A DNA stretch of 64,000 nt from Selaginella moellendorffii (lineage: Eukaryota; Plantae; Lycopodiophyta): the NCBI RefSeq assembly GCF_000143415.4, contig NW_003314311.1:1248769-1312768 (forward strand), given 5' to 3'. The notes below the pieces were generated by a model. It saw only the letters and a program-made list of their open reading frames with translations. It was not told the DNA's origin and ran no database searches. Within the stretch, counting starts at the first letter, position 1, and each line of letters starts with the position of its first letter. Of the stretch, positions 12,224-22,200 are shown piece after piece. Both the position numbers and the translations under genes were made by a program.

Positions 12224-12249
12224 CATGCATGCCCAGGATCTGCCGCCAG

Positions 12250-13424
12250 GATCTCGTGGAGATGAATGGGCTCATTACCGACACGTTGTGTTGGAATCTC
12301 CCAGCATTTTATCTCAAAGAGCAGCTCAAGGTAAGATCATCCTGCAACCCAGCTGCTTAAGCTTCCATGACCACTACTGCTTCTGCTTGTGCAGAAAATG
12401 GTTGGAGCGATGGTGAATTGCACGTCCGACATGCATGCTTGACAGGTGGGATAAAATGATGCAGCAGCAGTCAGAAGTGGAGATTTGCCAGGATCTTAAA
12501 TATAAGCTTAGTACTGCAAATGTTATTTGGAAGCAACTATGCCGAAGGTCAGAGGGCTATTGAAATCATAACAGAGCGACTCAACAGGATTGGATCATAC
12601 CGGGTAGTAGGTCTGTGGACCTCTGTCAGGCTTATGCAAAATTGACCGATTTTGCGTCGTTCGATCTGGCTCTCTGGTAATCACGCTCTGGTTCAAGCTT
12701 CAAAAACAGCTGGAGGCTGTACTTCTTGGGGTGATTGCTCAACGCCGGGAGACGGTTAAACAAGGAAGCAAGTCTTATGGCGATGACTTGCTCGGCTTGA
12801 TGCTGACCGAGAGCGAGAGTGAGAATCAGCGACAGAACGAATGCAAGACATTCTACCTTGCCGTGCATGAATCAACGGCTTCGCTGCTATCCTGGACTAT
12901 GATGCTGCTGGCTGTTTATCCCGATTGGCAGGAACGTGCTCGTGCTGAAGTACAGGAAATTTAGAAGGATGGTGCACCACATTGATGCCGATAAGATCAG
13001 CGAACTGAAGCACAAGTCGGGAAAATCTTAAAAGTTTTTGATTTCCAATACTCTTTCGGTGTCGATTCACAGGTAGGAATGATACTTAACGAGACCTTGC
13101 GCCTGTATCCACCGGTCATAGCGTTTTTCAGAGCCTGCTTCCAAGATACCTGGGTGCAAGACTTGTTCGTTCCAAAAGGAGCCGCTGTCACCTTCCCAGC
13201 CCTAGCAATTCGCCACGGCAAGGAACTTTGGGGACCAGATGCCAACGATTTCGACCCAGAGCGCTTCAAAGATGGCATCTTCAACGCCTGCAAGCATCCC
13301 CGAACGCTTTCATTTCTCCCTCGGCCCTCGAGTGTGCGTCGACCAGTTGTTCGCATTGATGGAAGCCAAAGTCGCATCTCTGAAGGCGTTCCATGGAATA
13401 CCGCTCATACTCAACAAGCTATGA
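12250..13424 (+). pseudogene. Cytochrome P450 pseudogene, CYP72 clan
   Basis: GDEWAHYR, DDLLGLML, ECKTFYLAVHESTA..WQERARAEV, ETLRLYPP (ExxR), WGPDANDFDPERF and heme region FSLGPRVCVDQ. 5' part missing, in-frame stop at 12962 and frameshifts. Confidence 0.9.
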
Positions 13425-15044
13425 AACAAGGACCTCGGTGCTGAATGCTGATCATATATGTCAACAAGAGGCTGTGTCAAATGTAAGTCGCCCTTGGAAA
13501 TGTTGTGTTTTCTCTGTCGTCGTAAAGATGGGCTGCAAGTCTTGGGGTTGCAGAGGGGGCCTTCCCTCAGCATGAAACTTCGCCGTTGACCCCCCAGTCA
13601 AAGACGTGGACCAGTTGCCCACGCGTTGACTGGGCGGGTACGAAGCAGCCGTTGGCCTTACAGTCGGCAGTTGACTTGTGCGGGATAAGGTAGACGTATC
13701 AGACAGAACAAGATTTCAACCATCTGCTTGAAATCTTTTGCTGCTGTACACGGCAACAGCAGATTTGTTTTGGAGCATATTCTTAGCAAGTTGCAAGCAA
13801 ACTCCCACCTTTCGCATTCATGCTTACTACTCTGTTCTTTGAGGGCTGGGTCCATATCCCGATTTAGCGGACTGTGGTTTCCAATTTCCAAGCTCGAGAT
13901 GCCCATTATCTTAAAGACCTTCAGTGATGCCCATTATCTTAAAGCCCTTCAGTGCATGCCCCCGCATTTGCATACCTGTTCCCCGTTGCTCCAATCCAGG
14001 GACCTGCCTGTGTAGCTCCTACTTTCAGGCTCGCGCAGGCACCTAGAAAGCACAATGAGAGTGATGTGTCCCAGTTTAATATCATCCAAATCCCATCTTC
14101 CATCCTTTGGCCCCTGTTGAACGAGATTGTGCGTCTTTCTGTGCTTCTTGCTAGCATTTTCGATGTCCACAAAGTATCGTAAGTGCTTGAATCTTTTTGT
14201 TTGCCTGGACGCTGCTTGCCTGGAAGAGCACATTGACTCTGAGTGGCTCGACCTGGGGACAACACCTGAATCCGCTTGAAGTTATCGAATGAATGCGTTG
14301 GCGTTCTTCTTTACTTTCTTGAAGAGTCCCTTCGCAACGGCCTCAAGGAAATCTTTCATCAAGAGGCAACTCCATTTGCAATGGTCACCGGCATGATCTG
14401 TCACAAGAAATCCAACTAGTACCTTGAATGGAGATGGGTCTTGAATAGTCATACCTGCAACTCTCGGACATCTCAGGCACCAGCAAGAGTTCTGATATCT
14501 TCGTGAACATGGAGGCGGTAAAACCATATTCAGCGGTTAACATCCTCCAAACTCAAATGGAAAAAAGATTTACCTCTCGGTCAGTATTTTCCGAGTTCGA
14601 CATCCTTCCGCAAGAACTAGCGATGAATTATGTATCAGATCAGCCAGAAGCTTACAGACTTGATCAGTAAAGGCACGCATTTTGAAATCCGATACAATTA
14701 TATGCTCTGTTTGCATAAAATATCCAGCCACTGACCAAAGCATTGCTACGGCAGCAATCTCTGTTGGTGTACATACAAGACATGATGCTACCTAATGCTA
14801 CACAAAACCAAGCGAGCGCAATGGTGTGTACCTCTTCCATATGGTCCACTTGAAGAGCAGTGAACTATATACCAGATTATGGTTCAAGACCGTCGCTTCT
14901 TCCTGCTAGCGGCTAAAGCCAGACCGAGGGTCCTGGAGGTTGCGCTTGCCGATGCTTGTGCAGGTCCCCCCGTCCCTCCCCAACCCCCACACACAAAGCA
15001 GCTCCACACCTCGTGCTCTTTCTTTCTCCTTTTGACGTCGAGTT

Positions 15045-16187
15045 CTACGGGTTGTAGACGCAGACGGCCTGGAGATTGAGGCGGCACACGCTTGCGGGAA
15101 GTTCCAGCCAATTATGATGCTTGAGATGGAGAGCTACGGGCTTATCCAGCATCGAGCATGTTGCTGCGCGCATGACTACCAAATCGCCACCTTGAAGAGG
15201 CCAGTCGACTAAATATGCTGGAGGCGGTGTCCCAAAATCTGCAAACTGGTCGGCGGTTGCCCACGCTACCGGCCTCCACACCGGAGGCCCGCCTCCTCCT
15301 CCTTCCAGTTCCAGCAATACAATGCCCCCAGGTAATTTATTTTCGCACTGGCCGACCACTATCACCTTGTGTGCGTACCGGAAAGGATCCACTCTGTGGT
15401 AAGAGTAGCCTTCAAAACCTTGTGGCAGCGGGAAGTCGTTCCAGGCTTTGGCACCTGGAATTGGAATTGCGGTCCAGGCTTCAGAGTGAAGATCATAAGC
15501 CTGCAACTTGCTATCCCGAAATATGAGCTCCCCAGCAAGATTCCCCGTCGGTATCCCGCTACTAGTTGACGATCCCCAGGCTTGGGAGCTCGAGTGCCAA
15601 GTGTAAACGGTGTGAACTCCGCGTGCTGTGCAGAGGACGTGAATGCTAAATTGCTCCTGGTTGCCTCGCATTTCCAGCTTGATCTGACCCAAGCGGTGCG
15701 CCGATGCTGGATCGTTGGCGCTGTCGCTCACGTTTAGAACGGGGAGCTCTAGTTGGAATCCCGTGCGAGGGTTGCACACGGCCACCCGCAGCGGGCATCG
15801 TGGCCATCCCGGCAGCCAGTCAGACAAGACGTCCTCTCTGTGAAAGCCACAGAGGAGGCCCGAGCAGGAGGCCATAGGAATGAAGTCCCGCGGCAACAAC
15901 CTGTTTGACACAATTCCTACCAGTTGCTCCTCTGGATACCAAGCCAGCACCGGCGGCCACGAGAGATCGTCGTCAGACTCCTCCGTCAAGAGCAAAAGCA
16001 CACACTCCTTCCCCCTCACTGCAATGTCCAGGCGTGGCAGACCGATCAAGGCCTTGCCAGCCGCACTGATTTCTGATTCACCCTCCAAACCTCTCACAAC
16101 ACGCCTCGCCTTGTCGTTGCTCTTCTTCAGCTTCTTCATTGCAGCACCGCGCCTCGCCTTGTCGTTGCTCTTCTTCAGCTGCCTCAT
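15045..16187 (-). CDS. Intronless F-box-associated/kelch-like domain protein lacking a recognisable F-box (380 aa)
   Basis: MASCSGLLCGF...VAVCNPRTG matches the ASCxGLLC/VCNPxT pattern of plant F-box-associated domains. N-terminus is a duplicated 16-aa basic repeat. Confidence 0.6.
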   Translation of the reverse strand: MRQLKKSNDKARRGAAMKKLKKSNDKARRVVRGLEGESEISAAGKALIGLPRLDIAVRGKECVLLLLTEESDDDLSWPPVLAWYPEEQLVGIVSNRLLPRDFIPMASCSGLLCGFHREDVLSDWLPGWPRCPLRVAVCNPRTGFQLELPVLNVSDSANDPASAHRLGQIKLEMRGNQEQFSIHVLCTARGVHTVYTWHSSSQAWGSSTSSGIPTGNLAGELIFRDSKLQAYDLHSEAWTAIPIPGAKAWNDFPLPQGFEGYSYHRVDPFRYAHKVIVVGQCENKLPGGIVLLELEGGGGGPPVWRPVAWATADQFADFGTPPPAYLVDWPLQGGDLVVMRAATCSMLDKPVALHLKHHNWLELPASVCRLNLQAVCVYNP

Positions 16188-16966
16188 GCCCTAACATTAA
16201 GATTCTCTTCTGCCCTCTCATTTGCGACAAGGCGCTGAAGCGGCGTGCTTGGTGGTCGTTGACAGACATTGCACACATAGCAAAGATCTTGTATAAATTC
16301 TTGTGCATTCCAAGGCAAGTTTAAATGTGAAAATCCTAATTAGGTATGGAAGTGTACTAAAGTTGCTAAGGTCTATGTACTAAGATCAGCTAATTAACTT
16401 TTGATTGAAATATTCTTTTTCCTTGATAACATTTTTTGCGCCATTTAATAAAATCTGCATTTGGATGGTGCCAGAAGTATTATTAAGGAAGGGGAATATT
16501 TTGATTGAGAACCGGCTGGCTGATCTTGGTATATGGATCTTAATAACTTCAATATACATTCATAGCTAACTAAAGTTTCCGCTCTTAAAATTCTCTTTTC
16601 TAGATTTTTAAGAAGCACAATTGAAGGAGATTTATGGAGAGTCTGATTTATGTTGAATAGGGGCGCTTAAGGCATTTTAAACAGCACTTGCAAAAGAGTG
16701 GGTACCCAGATGAATGGGAAAGCAAAGCAAATGGCCAAGTGTGCCGCCATATTTAAGTTTCTGGGAACAAATACTTTTCTGATATGTTTTTCTTTGTTTT
16801 GTTTCTTAGAACTATTTTCTTTTTATTTCGTGCAAAGGTGATTAATCTTGCAACTGATGAGGCTGACAAGGGTTTTTATGTGGTCTGACTGCTAGAGCCA
16901 CGTGACCAAAAGTTGACCCCTGTAGTGGGGATTGATGATGAGTACTCCTATGATCAGCTTCACACC

Positions 16967-17295
16967 TATGTAAATAGATTTTATGTAAATAGATTTTTAT
17001 GTAAATAGATTTTATGTAAATAGATTTTTATGTAAATAGATTTTATGTAAATAGATTTTTATGTAAATAGATTTTATGTAAATAGATTTTTATGTAAATA
17101 GATTTTTATGTAAATAGATTTTTATGTAAATAGATTTTATGTAAATACATTTTATGTAAATAGATTATTATGTAAATAGATTTTTATGTAAATAAATTTT
17201 TATGTAAATAGATTTTTGTAAATAGATTTTTATGTAAATAGATTTTTATGTAAATAGATTTTTATGTAAATAGATTTTTATGTAAATAGATTTTT
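16967..17295. repeat. Minisatellite (TATGTAAATAGATTT[T])n, 21 copies of a 15-16 bp unit
   Basis: Counted directly; the TGTAAATA core is invariant in all 21 copies. Confidence 0.97.
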
Positions 17296-17299
17296 GTTC

Positions 17300-18165
17300 A
17301 GATGTTGCTGGCTTTGTTTTTTGCGAAAGATGCAGTGCAGCCGTAGGTACAAAAGGTAGGGCATGAATGTACAAACGCTTTGCATCAAACTCAAACTTTC
17401 TGCAGTATGTGCTTCGCTTTCTCAGTGGACCTGCTGAAAGCCAAGCGTGAGTATGAAATCCAAGTAATTGTTGTTTCCCAGATTTAAGAAACCAAGAGAT
17501 TGAATCATCCGCAGGTATGGTTCTATTGAGCTGCTGGAGGAGTCTTGTAAACTCGGGAAATATTCTGCAAGGGTTGTTCGTGGGATGATCAAGGGTGAGC
17601 TGGGATTGCGGACAAAGGAGAAAATTTGGGAGCTTAGAGATGGTTGCAGGAAAGCCTGGGAACTGGTAAGTATTCGCAAAATTTGGACCTCGTTGTAACT
17701 CAACATTTGGTTGAAGGGATTCAATAGCCTCAGACCTGTGTGCATTGACAAGAGCCTGCTCGAGCTCCTCGACGCTGTTAATCAGAAAGCAAAAGGTCCT
17801 CTTTCGCAGCAGAAACAAAAGGTGTATAGAGGGACCCACTTGTTAGAAAATAAGAGGAACCTGGCACGGCTGGAGCGGTAAGGACCGAGGCCAAAACGTA
17901 ATCGGGCTGGATTTGTGCGGATCTGGTGGTAGAAGCATTGCAACCATAAGTTACATCAAATTGCTTACTTTTGAGAGGGTAGTAGCCTTTGGAGGCGAGC
18001 AAAGGCAGGTGATAGTAGAAAGCTTCGTCCAATGATTGTGCTACTGCACCAGAGAGCGACTCTTACGTTCTGTGACCAACTGCTGAAGGAATCTGAGACG
18101 AGGCACTTCACAGGCCCGGCCCGGGCTGCAAATCGTCCAAAGAGGATGCTATGTGATGGATCCAT
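17300..18165 (-). pseudogene. Frameshifted coding-like relic of unknown family
   Basis: Overlapping minus-strand ORFs 17246-17839, 17778-18032 and 17965-18165 look like one broken gene. No motif recognised. Confidence 0.3.
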
Positions 18166-18178
18166 TGTCAGAACCGGA

Positions 18179-18262
18179 AGTGTGCGTCAGCCAGTTGTTC
18201 GCATTGATGGAAGCCAAAGTCGCATCTCTGAAGGCGTTCCATGGAATACCGCTCATACTCAA
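18179..18262 (+). repeat. 84-bp duplicate of the P450 heme-distal segment (copy of 13331-13414)
   Basis: agtgtgcgtc..ccagttgttcgcattgatggaagccaaagtcgcatctctgaaggcgttccatggaataccgctcatactcaa is near identical at both sites. Confidence 0.93.
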
Positions 18263-18319
18263 TACACTCCTGTCTGGATCACATCGTCACCCTGCACATT
18301 TTAATGGAACTTCTGAGAC

Positions 18320-18880
18320 TGGTGCTGGATTTGCTAAGGCCTTCTACCTGGTACCTCGCCACCTTTTGATCTCCCAGCTCTTGGAACTGGACGCTCCGAC
18401 ACCATTGATTGCTGTGGTTGTCGAGCTGTACCGATTAGTGAAGCTCCAGAGGGGACACGGTTCCTTTCACAAGTGGGGTTAGGCAGGGATGCCCATTGTC
18501 TCCAACCTTTTTGCCATTTACATCGGGGCGCTCGAAACCATGATCGAACCTAACAACTCTCTGGGAATGCATCTGTTTCTCGTCCTGTATGCCAATGATC
18601 TTCTTCTAGTGGCACCGGATACCGCGCCATGCAGCGACTCTTTAATACGGGCAGGCATGCAAGTCAATTTGTCTAAGACGCAAGTCACGGTGTTTGGCCG
18701 TTGCAACAATGCCTCTATAACAGGGAACCTGTGATCAAAACAAAGGCATACACATAACAATGTGGTTACAGTCTGGAGAGAAAAGATACATGGTCAAGGT
18801 CGTTCCAGTAGCCCTTTACGCCATTGAGGCAACTGGGCCAGGACTCCCAGGTATGCTCGAAGGAGAGTTCCCTACACAAT
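18320..18880 (+). mobile_element. Degenerate non-LTR (LINE) reverse transcriptase fragment
   Basis: FAKAFYLVPRHLL, GVRQGCPLSPT, LYANDLLLVA (YADD mutated) and GMQVNLSKT. Frameshifted. Confidence 0.85.
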
Positions 18881-19218
18881 CTTGGTGCTAGAAAGTCATA
18901 GTCGCGGCATTGACGTGCAAAACACCTTGATCAAATCTTTTGTCCAGTCCAAGTTTGTCGTGCTACGTGGGAAGGCTCCATGTTTCATCAAGTCATATTT
19001 GGTTTCTTAGCCACTATTCTTTTGTCCAGTCCAAGTTTGTCGAGTTGTTCAGTTTGATAATTTCTTGGCCAGCTAGCTTATAAACTGGAAACAATTTTAA
19101 AACTCCGGATTCTATCTATTCTTAGTGATCACCACCTCTTCTTTTGGATAACTTGGCCTTGGGTCTAGGAAACGAGGTCTGGAATTCCTCTCTCGATGCT
19201 CTCGGGCGAAGTTTCAAG

Positions 19219-22200
19219 TTAGAAGCTCATCGGTGGCATACCAGCGAAAGAAGTGGAAGGCGGCGGTGGCGGCGGAGACATTCCATACGGGATTTCATAC
19301 ATTCCGGGAGCGGTCGGTCCCGGCAGTGCCAGTGGAAGAAGCTGCGCGTACAAGTTCTACATCACACACAACCATGTCAAGTCCAGAGATGGCAGTGAAA
19401 ACAAGTAAAACATACTTGTTTGGAGAGCATATCTTTGTCTTCGCTAGACTTGGAGCGCAGCTCTTGGAGAGAGTCATACTTGTCCTTCATGAGCTCGTCT
19501 ACCTTGTTTGTGTACTCCCTTATGAACTGAAAGATATCTAAGTTCCATGACAAGGCCTTTTCGAGGAAAACGATACCTGGATCATATAGGGGACGACATA
19601 ATCCAGCATTTTGTGCATCCATGCCAGCTCCAAGGCCACATCGGCTCTTACAAGATCGTAGCAAATGTATAGGCAAGCGGCAAAACAATCCCGTCTCCCC
19701 TGGAGGCCAAAGTTTAGTTTTATAAATGATGTATGCGAGAAATCAACTTACTTGCTCGACAAAGAATGTGAGTAGCTCTTCGGTTAGCATTCCATCCCCA
19801 GACTCCGAGCAAGTTTCCATGGCATCCTTGTACAGCTCGTCCTTTTTTGAAAGCTCTACAGACTGCCGCCACCTTCCAGCCTTGTTGTAGATGAAAGCTG
19901 CGATGCGACGAAATTCCAGTAGCTCATGTTTTTCAATCTGCAAGGAAACGATGATATGAGGAATTCTATCTAGAAGAACGAAGATTTCTTACTTGTTGAG
20001 CTAGCGAGATTTGATCAAACGTGTCATACATTTCGATAGACTCCCGCAGTTTGTCAAACTCTTCTTCCTCGACATACAACGCATTGAGTGCTTCGTTCAC
20101 TGCGCTAAGGTTGTGGCTTTGAACCGACACCAGGTATGGTTTTATCATAGGCAAGTGACCAGCCTGCAGCAGAAAACATAGATTAAGATAAACAGCCAAA
20201 GAACGCCTTGTACCTTTCTGAGAAGATTCACCACTTGTGTATGATCGACACGAGAAGACAGGACAAGCAACAGATCGTTGAGAAGATCTGGATGTTCTTC
20301 GAGATAAAACGTGATAGCCCGGTAGTATAATTCAATCTTCGCCATCTTCACAGCGATATCTTTAAACTGCGTGTGATCCCAAGCTTCTGGAGAATGAGCT
20401 ATCATAGTCGCTGCAGCATTGTCAAACTCGTCGTACTGTATGTAAAGGAAGGTTAGCTCCTTCCAGTGCTGTTGCTCGCTGCACGCTCGAATAAGCTTGG
20501 GGATGTTGACGCGAGCGCTGAATAGCTTCAAGTGCTCCATAAGCTTGTCGGGAAGATACTTCGCATACAGCACTCCTAGCTCAGTAAAAATTCCCATGTG
20601 TGCGCGTTCTAGTCCCAAGCCGCTCTCCATCAACGCAATAAGCTCTTTCCACCTTTCGTGTTTCTGATAGTAGTCACTGACTTCCTCAAGGTCGTCTACC
20701 TGAATTTTTACAAGTATGAAACTCAGCAATAAGATAGAAGAGAACAAAAGCAAACAAAAACGTACCTGGACAATAACGTGCAGTCCACAAATCTGCGCGA
20801 GCCTAAACTCCTCCGCATCAACACAAGCAAAACAGACCTCTTTCCATACTCTGGAGTTGTCAGCTTTCCTGGATGCATCCACAGCGTCCTGGAACAGCTT
20901 CAGTTTTATGAGCGTCGTCGCCAGCTGGCCCCAGTTGGAAGTCTGAGTGAAGATGATTCTGGCAGCCTGATAAGCACCATCCTCGTAGAGCCTTTCGCCA
21001 ACGCTCGGTAAGTTGGCGACGTGCGGCTGGAGGAGAAAATCTTCGATGTCGCTCAGTTGATCTGACATTGCATAGGCGTATATCAGCTCCGAGTCGACTT
21101 TTGGCTCTTTGATGCTCTTCCGGACCATCAGGAGGTACTTCACAAGATCATCATAAGCTTTGACCTCCTCTGCTGCCTTGATAACTTCACTGAAGTGCGT
21201 CGTGTCCTTTGCACGAGTGAACGAATCGATAGCCTCAGCCACCGCTCCAATTTTGAGTTGAGCTTTGGCGACTTGCCTCCAAACATCTGCTTCTTCCACC
21301 CTGTTTGCAAAGTCAACACCTCGCCCGATGCTTTGCAAGTTCTCGAGAAGAACGTTGACGGCTTGGGTGTGCAGGGAAAACTTTTTGAAAACCGTGAATG
21401 CTTCTTCATAGAGTTCCGCACCGACAGCAATCTCCCCCACTGCAGGACCGTCGAAGTTGTCCAAACGATTTACGTAGTCCATAACTCGAGACTTATCTGC
21501 TTTGATGGCCGTGAGTATAAGGAGGTTCTGCAGGTTTGGATTGTCGCTGAATGCCGAGTTTTGGAGCACAATTTTCTCAAGAAGCTCTATCAGCTCGTGC
21601 GGAAGGTCCGCTAGCATAAAAGCTTTCACAGCAGCTGAGACTTGATCGGGGCTTCGAGTATCAGGTAGAGCGGTAGAAACGATTTGATCAATAAACTGCC
21701 GTCTATAAAAGTTGTCTGGATTGAGAAGCTTTGCCCAGAGTTCGGGATCCATGCGCTCCACAACATATCTGAAAAAGAAGTTAACAGCTGATTAATGCAA
21801 AACCGAGTAGAGCATACCTTGCTTGAACTTTGAATAGCGAGTTTCTGTTTGTTACATGTATCAAATCGTCATCACACTGGCCCCGATGGTATGCAATAAC
21901 AGCCAGCGTAGGATCCCGATTCTCACAGTACTTTCCCACGACTTGAGAATCATAGTAAGGATTGGTGGTGAGAAAATGTTCAGGGTTGTTGCTTGTATCC
22001 ACAGCAATCTTAGCAAGGGCATTATGCACAGCTACGTCTTTGCTTCCCTCAGAGACCAGGTTCTCCAAAAATGGAGTGAGCAACCTCAGTCGATTCCTGC
22101 TTCACAAATTAGACAATGCAAAGAAATAATGTAAATATATAGCTCACCGTTTCTGACACTCGGCCACAAGTGGTTCTACGGGAACAAGAGACCGGATAGA

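Noticed and set aside
12224-12225. Canonical CA end for the copia 3' LTR
   Set aside because: Absent from the 5' LTR and breaks the CATGC TSD.
13700-14870. Short ORFs and a 29-bp tandem duplication near 13898-13953
   Set aside because: Possibly gene debris, but no recognisable motif or consistent frame.
16918-16927. CACTA-like terminus (also CACTACAA near 3380 and 57912)
   Set aside because: No matching partner TIR or 3-bp TSD identified.
16967-17295. CRISPR-like array
   Set aside because: Units are head-to-tail with no unique spacers, there are no cas genes, and the context is eukaryotic.
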